NCBI GenBank assembly: GCA_016716905.1
Contig: JADJUS010000004.1
Location: 1,419,603-1,483,602, forward strand
Direction of reading: 5' to 3'
DNA: 64,000 nt
Source: Acidobacteriota bacterium
Lineage (GTDB): Bacteria > Acidobacteriota > Vicinamibacteria > Vicinamibacterales > SCN-69-37
Numbering within the stretch: position 1 is the first letter of the stretch; the number at the start of each line of letters is the position of its first letter. Of this stretch, positions 27,655 through 35,924 are shown piece after piece. The notes beneath the pieces were generated by a model, which was not told where the DNA came from, made no database searches, and worked only from the letters and a program-made list of their open reading frames with translations. The position numbers were made by a program, and so were the translations under genes.

Positions 27655-28416
27655 ATGAAGATTGCCGTTTGTATCAAGCAAGTCGTCTCGCGTGAGTGGC
27701 AGGTTCGCATCAACGATCAAAAGACCTGGGTGCGTGACCAGGACGCCGCGTGGGAACTCAACGAACCCGACGCGTACGCGCTCGAGGAGGCCCTGCGCCT
27801 CAAGGAAAAACACGGCGGGGAAGTGGTCGTCATTTCGGCCGGCCCCGCCCGCGTGACGCAGGTCATCCGCGAGGCGCTGGCCCGCGGCGCCGACCGCGCC
27901 ATTCACGTCGAAGGTGACCACCTGGCAACCGCCGACGCCTTCACCGCTGCCGAAGCTCTGGCTGAGGCAGCCAAGACTGAACAGTGTGATCTGATCTTGA
28001 CCGGACTGCAGTCCGACGACCAGGGCTTCGCGCAGGTCGGCGTCATCATGGCCGAGCGTCTGGGGATGTCGCACTCCACGATCATCATGGAAGTGCAGGT
28101 CACCGGCACGACCTTGCGCGTGAAGCGCGAGCTTGAAGGCGGCTGGTTCCAGTGGATGGAGATGCCGCTGCCCGCGGTATTGACGATTCAGAGCGGCATC
28201 AACCAGCTGCGGTACGCCACGCTCAAGGGCATCATGGCGGCGAAGAAGAAAGAGCTCAAGACCATGCCCGCGCCGACGGCGGCGCCTGCCCGCCAGCGCA
28301 TCGTGTCCATCTACGTCCCGGAAAAGACCAAAGCGACTCGCATGATCGACGGCACGCCGGCCGAAGCCGCGGCCGAACTCGTGCGCGTGCTGCGCGACGA
28401 CGCCCGAGTGTTCTGA
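27655..28416 (+). CDS. etfB: Electron transfer flavoprotein beta subunit EtfB
   Basis: MKIAVCIKQV, NEPDAYALEEALRLKE, and DLILTGLQSDD motifs. Confidence 0.9.
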   Translation: MKIAVCIKQVVSREWQVRINDQKTWVRDQDAAWELNEPDAYALEEALRLKEKHGGEVVVISAGPARVTQVIREALARGADRAIHVEGDHLATADAFTAAEALAEAAKTEQCDLILTGLQSDDQGFAQVGVIMAERLGMSHSTIIMEVQVTGTTLRVKRELEGGWFQWMEMPLPAVLTIQSGINQLRYATLKGIMAAKKKELKTMPAPTAAPARQRIVSIYVPEKTKATRMIDGTPAEAAAELVRVLRDDARVF

Positions 28417-28423
28417 TTCGTAG

Positions 28424-28443
28424 GGCGGGGCTTCAGCCCCGCC
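28424..28443. repeat. Intercistronic GC hairpin GGCGGGGC-ttca-GCCCCGCC between etfB and etfA
   Basis: Perfect 8-bp stem with a 4-nt loop, 8 nt after the etfB stop and 12 nt before the etfA ATG. Confidence 0.6.
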
Positions 28444-28454
28444 GTGAGGGAAAC

Positions 28455-29417
28455 ATGATTTTCGTGATCGCGGAACAAAAAGACGGCGCCCTCAACCGCG
28501 CATCATGGGAAGCCGTGGTGGCCGCGCAGCAACTGGGTGGGCCCGTCACGATCGTGCTGCCGGGTGCCTCCGTGAGTGCAGCGGCCGCGGAACTGTCGGC
28601 CGCTGATGTCGCCGGAGTCATCGCACTCGAACACGACGCGTTGGGCACGTACACCCCGGATGGTTTCGTGGCAGCGCTGGCGGCGCTCATTACGGCTGAA
28701 GCGCCCTCGCACGTGGTGTTGCCGCACACCTACCAGACGCGCGATTTTGCGCCCAAGCTGGCCGCGCGCCTGAACGCGCCGCTGGCGGCCGACTGTGTGG
28801 GCCTGAAGCCCGCCACCGACGGAGGCCACACCTACGTGCGCCTGATGTTCCAGGGCAAGGTCAGTGCAGACGTGCAGCTCGTGGGTGACGCGCCCCACGT
28901 CGTCACATTCCAGATCGGCGCGTTCCGCGTAGACGCCGTGGCGAAGGGCAGCGCGCCTGCGCCTGTGCGGCAGGTCGCTGCCACGGTGGACGCGTCGGCC
29001 ATTCGTCAGAAGCCTGAAGCCCCATTTCGGGAAGCGAAGCAGGCCGTGGACCTCACGCAGGCCGCGCGCATCGTTTCTGTCGGCCGCGGCATCAAGGGAC
29101 CCGAACACATCGAACTGGCGAAACAACTTGCCGAAGCTCTGGGCGCGGAGCTGTCGGCCTCGCGTCCGATCTGCGACGCCGGTTGGCTGCCCATGGAACG
29201 ACAGGTCGGCAGTTCCGGCCAGACTGTGGCGCCGAAACTGTACCTCGCCCTCGGCATCTCCGGTGCCATCCAGCATGTGGTTGGCATGAAGGGCTCCCGC
29301 ACCATCGTTGCGATCAACAAAGACGCCGAGGCGCCCATCTTCGAAATCGCCGACTACGGCATCGTCGGCGATCTCTTCGAAGTCGTGCCGGCGATGATCG
29401 CCGCGCTCAAGTCCTAA
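28455..29417 (+). CDS. etfA: Electron transfer flavoprotein alpha subunit EtfA
   Basis: MIFVIAEQKDG start and a C-terminal FAD-binding region (SASRPICDAGW, QVGSSGQTVAPKLYLALGISGAIQH, IVAINKD). The track start at 28152 overlaps etfB. Confidence 0.9.
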   Translation: MIFVIAEQKDGALNRASWEAVVAAQQLGGPVTIVLPGASVSAAAAELSAADVAGVIALEHDALGTYTPDGFVAALAALITAEAPSHVVLPHTYQTRDFAPKLAARLNAPLAADCVGLKPATDGGHTYVRLMFQGKVSADVQLVGDAPHVVTFQIGAFRVDAVAKGSAPAPVRQVAATVDASAIRQKPEAPFREAKQAVDLTQAARIVSVGRGIKGPEHIELAKQLAEALGAELSASRPICDAGWLPMERQVGSSGQTVAPKLYLALGISGAIQHVVGMKGSRTIVAINKDAEAPIFEIADYGIVGDLFEVVPAMIAALKS

Positions 29418-31041
29418 AATCTGTCCAGAGTCCAGAGTCCAGAGTCCAGAGTCCCAAGGTCCAGCGTCCTGGGTCAGGACTGTGAAGCTGCGCGCTGAAT
29501 CTCGATGAGCCCATCGTGAGTGCGTTCGGGATCTGGGGCGCCAGGCGGTGGTGTCCAGACCAGGTCTGCCCCGCCGCGATCAGCAGGCGCGCGACGCCGA
29601 CATGATCCGCACCTGGCTGCGCGTGACCCCGGCCTTCCACAGCCCAGACGAGCGGCGAAGCGGCGAACATGCCGTCCAGCGCATTTACCGGTGCGCCATG
29701 TTCCAGAAGAACCCGCACGGCATCAACGCGCCCGGCCATCGCCGCGCGGTGCAACGGAGTCACCTGGTCCTTGTCCGCTGACTCCACGTCGAATCCACGC
29801 GCCAGCATCGTCTCAAGCACCAGCGCGTCCCCCCGTTCGGCCGCATTGTCCAGTAATCGGTGGTGCGCTGGGCGCAGTTGCTCAGCTAGGGTCGAGTCGA
29901 TTTGCAGCAGGGCGTCGGCGCCGGCCCGGTCGCCGCGTACGCAACAAGCGACGAATCGTTCGAGCGTGGACAACTCGTCTGTGGCGCCGCGGGCCAGCAG
30001 GACCGATCCAACGTCGGGTTTGCCCGAGAGTTCCGCCAGCGTGTGGGGTGTCAGACCGTCGGCGCGCCGCTGAAGGGGATCGGCCCCGTGTTGCAGGAGG
30101 TGCTCGACCATCGTCGTGTCCCATCGACGCGCCGCCACGTGCAGGGGCGCCTCTCCGTCGGCGCCCCACGTGAGGTTGGGATCCGCGCCGTGTTCGAGCA
30201 GCCACCGCGGTCCGTCAGGGTTCGTGGCCCACTGCATCATGTAGACGAGGGGAGGCACGCCTGCCGGAATGCCGTTCAGGTTGGCGCCGAATCGGTGCAA
30301 CAGCTCAAGCGCCGGAATGTTGCCGCCGCCACCGGCAATGTGCACCGTGACGCCGTCGGTGGGGACGGCGCCTGCTTCAAGCAGGACCTCTGCCAGCGGA
30401 AGGTGCCCCACTGCGCAGACGGCCGCCCACAGTGCCGTTCGCGGCAGTTCCGGATGCCAGTTCCAGTGGTATTCCGCATTCGGGTTGGCGCCAAGCGTGC
30501 ACAGGCGGCGCGCGATCGAGACGAGGTCATCCACCTGCGCAATGGCGTCGCGATGGAGGCACGTGTGGCACACGTAGAGCAGCGGTTCCCATTGCTGCGG
30601 TCCGGCGGCCTCGGTGGCCAGTGCGGGCTGTTCGGCGAGGCGCCGCTCGACGCCGGCCACGTCACCCAGTACCAGTGCGGTGTGCAACGAGGCCGACTTG
30701 ATGCCGGGGTGCCGGTCGAGAAGACGGAGCGCTCGCCCGGAGGCGCCGCCCGTGGCGCACCGGACGAACTCATCGACGGCGTCGCGGAACGACATCGTTC
30801 GCGTCTCAACCTCATCGCGCAGGGCGTTCCACGACGCAAAGCCGTGTTCACGGGCGATGACCGATTGCGCGTCGTGAAGCGCGAGGGACGTGCCGTTCTG
30901 CAGCGGCCGACCCGCGAAGGCCGGGAGCGCGGCGAACCGCTCAAGTGCAGACAGGTCACCCTCACGCGCGGCGTGAAGCAGCGACTTGGCGAGTTTCTTC
31001 AGATGATCGAGATTCGGACGATCGGGCAGTTGCGCGGACAT
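29407..31041 (-). CDS. Ankyrin-repeat protein
   Basis: Multiple ANK-like repeats (e.g. TPLHRAAMAGRVDAVRVLLEHGAPVNA, APLHVAARRWDTTMVEHLLQHGADP). ATG at 31041 (MSAQLPDRPNLDHLKKLAK). The last ~20 codons are read from the heptamer repeat, and the ORF overlaps the etfA 3' end by 11 nt, so the true C-terminus is uncertain. Confidence 0.7.
   Translation of the reverse strand: MSAQLPDRPNLDHLKKLAKSLLHAAREGDLSALERFAALPAFAGRPLQNGTSLALHDAQSVIAREHGFASWNALRDEVETRTMSFRDAVDEFVRCATGGASGRALRLLDRHPGIKSASLHTALVLGDVAGVERRLAEQPALATEAAGPQQWEPLLYVCHTCLHRDAIAQVDDLVSIARRLCTLGANPNAEYHWNWHPELPRTALWAAVCAVGHLPLAEVLLEAGAVPTDGVTVHIAGGGGNIPALELLHRFGANLNGIPAGVPPLVYMMQWATNPDGPRWLLEHGADPNLTWGADGEAPLHVAARRWDTTMVEHLLQHGADPLQRRADGLTPHTLAELSGKPDVGSVLLARGATDELSTLERFVACCVRGDRAGADALLQIDSTLAEQLRPAHHRLLDNAAERGDALVLETMLARGFDVESADKDQVTPLHRAAMAGRVDAVRVLLEHGAPVNALDGMFAASPLVWAVEGRGHAQPGADHVGVARLLIAAGQTWSGHHRLAPQIPNALTMGSSRFSAQLHSPDPGRWTLGLWTLDSGLWTDFRT
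29423..29478. repeat. Tandem heptanucleotide repeat (GTCCAGA, about 8 units)
   Basis: gtccaga x4, then gtcccaa ggtccag cgtcctg ggtcagg. It is the reverse complement of the 20150-20204 family and starts 6 nt after the etfA stop. Confidence 0.85.
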
Positions 31042-31220
31042 ACGGCCTCCATGCTTGGGCCCGTGGTTCGCAAACGGGTAGCACGGCGGTGTATGTGCCG
31101 TTGGTCCAATTCGTTGAAAGTGGGCTTGGCCCTTCGCGCGAACCCGCCGGCGCCTTGAAGCGCGCACGGTAACGGTAATCGTGCGTCTGCCTCGCTGTCA
31201 ATTTGTCGTCCTGCGGTGCC

Positions 31221-31249
31221 TTGACGCCTCTAGGCATAATGCATATAGT
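31221..31249 (+). promoter_or_regulatory. Sigma-70-type promoter for padR (TTGACG-17 nt-TATAGT), leaderless geometry
   Basis: -35 TTGACG at 31221-31226, a 17-nt spacer, and -10 TATAGT at 31244-31249. The padR ATG at 31256 is 6 nt downstream of the -10, with no Shine-Dalgarno. Confidence 0.5.
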
Positions 31250-31255
31250 CAGCGC

Positions 31256-31618
31256 ATGCCGCCCACCCGCCAGTCCACCGCCGCGCTGCCGCTGGCACCC
31301 GCCGTGTTCCACATCCTGCTGGCGCTCGCCGATGGCGACGCCCATGGCTACCGCATTCGCGCCGACGTCATCGAGCGCTCCAACGGCGCTATCAAGCTCG
31401 ACCCCGGGTCCCTCTACCGGCTGATTGCACGGCTGTCCGACGACGGGCTGGTCGTGGAGTCCCCAAGCCGTCCGAAGGCGGACGATGACGATGAGCGGCG
31501 GCGGTACTACCGGCTCACGCCGATGGGCAAGCGGTTGCTCGAAGCAGAGACGAATCGAATGGCTGACCTGGTGGCGCTGGCGCGCGCTAAGGCCGGCAGG
31601 CGTGTGCGGTCGGTTTAA
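31256..31618 (+). CDS. PadR family transcriptional regulator
   Basis: LLALADGDAHGYRIRADVIERSNGAIKLDPGSLYRLIARLSDDGLV winged-helix motif and RRYYRLTPMGKRLL. Confidence 0.85.
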   Translation: MPPTRQSTAALPLAPAVFHILLALADGDAHGYRIRADVIERSNGAIKLDPGSLYRLIARLSDDGLVVESPSRPKADDDDERRRYYRLTPMGKRLLEAETNRMADLVALARAKAGRRVRSV

Positions 31619-31627
31619 GACGTCGTC

Positions 31628-34384
31628 ATGGCTGCGGCGCCTTCTCGTCGATTGATCGCCCTGTATGCGTGGACCACGCGCCTCATGCCGGAGTCGCACC
31701 GGTGGAGGTATGCGGATGAGCAGGTGCGCCTGTTCGAACAGGTGTGGATGGAGGAGCGCCCGGACGGGGGCATCGCACAGCTCCGTTGGGCATGTGTGCT
31801 CATCGTGCAATCGGTGCTGGCGGCGATCGGCGCGCGCCTGGACGTGAGTCGGCGCGGTGGCTATGCGCGGAATGTGCACAGACGAGGAGGAGCCGGGATG
31901 GGCAGTGATTTTCGATTCACCCTGCGTTCGGTCAGGGCATCGTCTTGGTACGCCGTCGCAGTGGTCGGTGTCATCGCCGTCACGATGGCGCTCGCGACCA
32001 CCGCGTTTGCGATTGTCGATGGCGTGCTGTTCCAGCCGTTGGCGTTCCAGCAGTCCGATCGCCTGTTCAGGATCGAGCCCGGGTTCACGAACATCGGCCA
32101 GGCCGCCGCGGTTCCGGGTGGCGCGGTGCCAACCTTCGGCGCGAGTCATATCGATTTGCTGAACTGGCAGTCGGCCGTGCCGGAGGTGCCAATGACGGGG
32201 TTCCGTGCGCAGCCGTGGATGGGACTGGGCGCCGGCGTGAACGACTCCACCGCCGGCGTGGCACTCATCCAGCCGAACTTCTTCGACGTGTTCGGCGTGG
32301 CCCCACTCTTCGGAGGATTCTCGGCACAGGACTTTGTTGACGAGCCTCGCCTGCGGCCGGTGCTTGCGAGCTACGACGTGTGGACGTCGCGGTATGAGAG
32401 CGCACCCGACATTGTGGGCCGCGAGATCATCACCGATCGCGCAGGTGGTTACGGCGTACGGATCGTGGGTGTCATGCCGAAAGGCTTCGTGTTTCCCACA
32501 GCCAGGGCAGAGGTCCATTTCCTGTCCCCGCTGGTGAGTCCGGCCGCGGCCAGAAACGACCCGGGGGTGCGTTTCATCAGCGAGGTGGTGGTGCGGCTGC
32601 CCGAGGGGCTGACCCCCGAAGTGCTGAGGGAGCGCCTGGCCCCGGCCTTGTCTGCCACCGCTCGGCAGTTTCCCGCACGTGGACCGAAGCCCGATGGCTG
32701 GTCCGACGCAGGCTGGCGTCGCCAGGGGCCGTTCGACGCGGTGTCCATTTCCACTTTGGCCGAGTCGCTGGGCCGTCGATCGCGGCCGTTGTTCATGGCG
32801 GTGTTCGCCGCCGTGCTGCTGTTGCTGGCCATCGCCGCCGTCAACGTGTCGAGCCTGATGACCGCGCGAGCCCTGGAACGCCAACATGAAATTGGAGTGC
32901 GGCGCTCGCTTGGGGCCGGGCCGTGGGCCATTGCCAGGCTGTGGACGGTGGAGGCGGCCACGCTGCTCACCCTGGGCGGTGTGGCGGGTGTGCTGGCGTC
33001 ACCGCTGTTGCTTGACCTGTTCCTGCGACTGCTGCCGAGCGACGTGGTGCTGCTCAAGCCGGCGCGGCTCGACTGGCGCGTGGCGGGCTTCGTGGCCATG
33101 ACGCTGGCGCTGTTGTCGGCGCTGGTCGCCGTGGCTCCGATCCGTCGTTCGTTGACACGGCGATCGCTCTCGGCCGCCGGCAGCCAGACCAGAGGCGCGA
33201 GCGAACGTGTCCGCACGCCCGGCCGTCGTCTCGTCGTGGCGCTGCAGGTCGGCGTGGCGTTTGTGCTGACTGTGGGCGGGGCATCGCTCGTGGGCTCGCT
33301 GCTGACCGTATACGCGCACGAGTTGCCGATTCGCACCCGCGGCATCGTGGTGCTGAAGGTGATGCTCCAAGGGCCTGGAAACGGCGGCATGGACCTGTCG
33401 CCGGAGCGGGCAGAACGCGAGAGGGCGCTTCGGACTCGCCTGGCGAGTGTGCGGGGTGTGTCCTCGGTGGCGTCCACAGCGGCCCAGGTACTGGCGGGCG
33501 GGGGAAACATGACGTGGTTCCTGCCGCCAGCCGGGACGAAGCATCCGGCGAACATCGATACCTGGCCGGTCACCGAGGGCTTCTACGACACGCTCGCGCC
33601 CGAGGTGATCGAAGGCCGGCTTCCGAGCAATGACGAACTTCGAGCGTCCGCACCGCTCGTCGTTGTCAGCCAGCGGGCCGCGCAGGCCTATTGGCCAGGC
33701 AAGTCGGCGCTCGGCGCCACGCTGACAGACCAGCAGTCGAAAGTGGCATTCACCGTGGTGGGAGTCGTCAAGGATGTGCGCTGGCTTGCGTGGGATATCG
33801 AGACGCCAGTCGTCTACGGGCCCTACGCCGCTGTTGGGCGCGCGCCATGGCTGACGTATTTCCTGCGCACGGACGGCAACACCGGGAGTGTGACCGCAGA
33901 TGCCCTGCGCGCCATCGAGGAGCGTGATCCGCTTGCCGGCGTGTCTCGCGCCGACACGCTGGATTCGGTGTTCAGGGATTCAGTGTCCATCCGCCGCTTT
34001 CAGTCGTGGCTCTTCGGCGGCTTCGCCGCCGCTGCCCTCGTTGTGGTGGGCGTTGGCATCTTCGGGCTGATCGCCATGGCGGCGGCGCGACGGACGAAAG
34101 AGGTGGGCATTCGTTGTGCCCTTGGCGCCACGCCGGGAGCATTGACGACACTCATGGTGCGCGAACAACTGGGCGCCGTTGCCGTCGGACTCCTGGTGGG
34201 CGGCCTCGTCGCCGCCTGGGCGGTGCGGTTCGTGGAGAGTTACCTCTTCGAACTGACCACGGCTGATCCACGCATCTGGCTAAGCGCCACGGTGCTGGTG
34301 CTGCTCACCGCCTGCGCCGGCGCGCTGATCCCCGCCTGGCGCGCGAGCCGGATCGATCCGCTCAAGGCGCTGAGGGTGGAATAG
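31628..34384 (+). CDS. Duplicated FtsX/MacB-type permease without adjacent ATPase (ADOP-type orphan permease) with ~90-aa N-terminal prefix region
   Basis: Two MacB-periplasmic plus FtsX modules; the C-terminal ends are RRTKEVGIRCALGA... and ASRIDPLKALRVE. The canonical permease N-terminus (DFRFTLRSVRASSWYAV) begins at an internal ATG at 31898 that has a strong GAGGAGG Shine-Dalgarno 7 nt upstream, so 31898 is an alternative start. Confidence 0.8.
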   Translation: MAAAPSRRLIALYAWTTRLMPESHRWRYADEQVRLFEQVWMEERPDGGIAQLRWACVLIVQSVLAAIGARLDVSRRGGYARNVHRRGGAGMGSDFRFTLRSVRASSWYAVAVVGVIAVTMALATTAFAIVDGVLFQPLAFQQSDRLFRIEPGFTNIGQAAAVPGGAVPTFGASHIDLLNWQSAVPEVPMTGFRAQPWMGLGAGVNDSTAGVALIQPNFFDVFGVAPLFGGFSAQDFVDEPRLRPVLASYDVWTSRYESAPDIVGREIITDRAGGYGVRIVGVMPKGFVFPTARAEVHFLSPLVSPAAARNDPGVRFISEVVVRLPEGLTPEVLRERLAPALSATARQFPARGPKPDGWSDAGWRRQGPFDAVSISTLAESLGRRSRPLFMAVFAAVLLLLAIAAVNVSSLMTARALERQHEIGVRRSLGAGPWAIARLWTVEAATLLTLGGVAGVLASPLLLDLFLRLLPSDVVLLKPARLDWRVAGFVAMTLALLSALVAVAPIRRSLTRRSLSAAGSQTRGASERVRTPGRRLVVALQVGVAFVLTVGGASLVGSLLTVYAHELPIRTRGIVVLKVMLQGPGNGGMDLSPERAERERALRTRLASVRGVSSVASTAAQVLAGGGNMTWFLPPAGTKHPANIDTWPVTEGFYDTLAPEVIEGRLPSNDELRASAPLVVVSQRAAQAYWPGKSALGATLTDQQSKVAFTVVGVVKDVRWLAWDIETPVVYGPYAAVGRAPWLTYFLRTDGNTGSVTADALRAIEERDPLAGVSRADTLDSVFRDSVSIRRFQSWLFGGFAAAALVVVGVGIFGLIAMAAARRTKEVGIRCALGATPGALTTLMVREQLGAVAVGLLVGGLVAAWAVRFVESYLFELTTADPRIWLSATVLVLLTACAGALIPAWRASRIDPLKALRVE

Positions 34385-34387
34385 AAC

Positions 34388-34526
34388 AGTCCGGGGTCCG
34401 CAGGTCCGGCAGGTCCCAAGGTTCGCGGAGCCGCGCCGTTTGGCGCGGGGCTTCATGTGGAGACAAGATGGCGCGCAGCGCCCACCGCGAACCCACGCAC
34501 CTATCGGACCTGCGGACCCACGGACC
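34388..34526. repeat. Imperfect large inverted repeat whose arms are GGTCCGN heptamer runs
   Basis: The left arm ggtccgcaggtccggcaggtcccaaggttcgcgg and the right arm ccgcgaacccacgcacctatcggacctgcggacccacggaccc share an exact GGTCCGCAGGTCCG/CGGACCTGCGGACC segment. Inner hairpin CCGCGCC-gttt-GGCGCGG at 34431-34448. It fills the gap between the convergent permease and pntB. Confidence 0.75.
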
Positions 34527-35924
34527 CTATGGAGCGCGCAGCGCTCCGAGTATCGCGTCGACGCTCTTCTTCGCGTCGCCGTAGAGCATCTTTGTCTTCG
34601 GCTTGAAGAAGAGCGGGTTCTCGACGCCCGCATACCCCGCGCCCTTGCCACGTTTGAAGACGATGCAGGCCGCCGCTTCCCAGGCGTGAAGCACGGGCAT
34701 GCCGGCAATGGGGCTGGAAGGGTCGTCGAGCGCGCTGGGATTCACGATGTCGTTCGCGCCGATGACGAGCACGACGTCCGTGGTGGGGAAGTCGTCATTG
34801 ATCTCGTCCATCTCGAGGACGATGTCGTAGGGGAGGTTGGCTTCGGCCAGCAGCACGTTCATGTGGCCGGGGAGGCGGCCCGCGACCGGATGGATTGCGA
34901 ATCGCACGGTCTTGCCTGCGGCTCGAAGCACATCCACAATCTCGCGCACCGGATGTTGCGCCTGGGCCACGGCCATGCCGTAGCCCGGCACGATGATCAC
35001 CGAGTCGGCTGCTTTCAAAAGATCCACCACCTCGGCGGCAGTGGTGGCAACCAGCTCGCCCTCGACGACCGCGCCACCCGCAGGTGCCGCACCTTCCTCC
35101 GCGCCGAAGCCCCCGAGGATGACCGAGAGGAACGAGCGGTTCATCGCCTTGCACATGATGTAGCTCAGAATCGCGCCCGAAGAGCCGACGAGCGCGCCCG
35201 TGATGATGAGCAGGTCGTTCGAGAGCATGAAGCCTGCCGCTGACGCCGCCCAGCCCGAGTAGCTGTTGAGCATCGACACCACCACAGGCATGTCGGCGCC
35301 GCCGATAGCCATCACCAGGTGAATGCCGATGACGCCGGCGATCGCCGTCATGATCAGGAGGTGGGGCAGCGCTTCATGCCCGCCACGCAGGTACATCGCG
35401 CCGAGCCAGACGCAGGCGACGATCATGCCGATGTTCAACAAATGGCGACCGGGCAGCATCAACGGCTTGCTGCGGATGACGCCCTGCAGTTTGCCCCAGG
35501 CCACGATCGATCCTGTAAACGTGAGTGAACCGATGAAGACGCCGAGGTAGGTCTCGACGTCGTGAATGGTCCGTTCGACCCCCGTCAGTTCAACGGCAGG
35601 CGCCAGGTGGTTGCTGATGCCCACCAGCACAGCGGCGGCGCCGACGAAGCTGTGCAGGATGGCCACCAACTGCGGCATGGACGTCATCGCCACGCGTGAG
35701 GCCACCAGCGCGCCGATGATGGCGGCGAGCGTGAGCGCCCCCAGCAGCGTGGGGGACGTGATGACGCCGGCATGCAGCGCGACGGCGACCATGGCGATCA
35801 ACATGCCGATGGCGCCGAACTGATTGCCGCGGCGTGCGGTGCTTGGATGGGCGAGCCCCTTCAGGCTCAGGATGAACAGAACTGCGGCGGCGATATACGC
35901 CGTGACCAATAGCGACGTTGTCAT
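34527..35924 (-). CDS. pntB: NAD(P) transhydrogenase subunit beta PntB
   Basis: [24 protein letters not shown] start, a multi-TM domain, and the C-terminal NADP(H) domain ([48 protein letters not shown]). ATG at 35924. Confidence 0.9.
   Translation of the reverse strand: MTTSLLVTAYIAAAVLFILSLKGLAHPSTARRGNQFGAIGMLIAMVAVALHAGVITSPTLLGALTLAAIIGALVASRVAMTSMPQLVAILHSFVGAAAVLVGISNHLAPAVELTGVERTIHDVETYLGVFIGSLTFTGSIVAWGKLQGVIRSKPLMLPGRHLLNIGMIVACVWLGAMYLRGGHEALPHLLIMTAIAGVIGIHLVMAIGGADMPVVVSMLNSYSGWAASAAGFMLSNDLLIITGALVGSSGAILSYIMCKAMNRSFLSVILGGFGAEEGAAPAGGAVVEGELVATTAAEVVDLLKAADSVIIVPGYGMAVAQAQHPVREIVDVLRAAGKTVRFAIHPVAGRLPGHMNVLLAEANLPYDIVLEMDEINDDFPTTDVVLVIGANDIVNPSALDDPSSPIAGMPVLHAWEAAACIVFKRGKGAGYAGVENPLFFKPKTKMLYGDAKKSVDAILGALRAP

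Noticed and set aside
28421-28445. The etfB-etfA hairpin GGCGGGGCTTCAGCCCCGCC and the GGCGCGGGGCTTCA segment at 34442-34455 as members of a further repeat family
   Set aside because: Only about 11 nt are shared (GCGGGGCTTCA). Two occurrences in a GC-rich window are not enough to call a family. The hairpin is kept only as a local feature.
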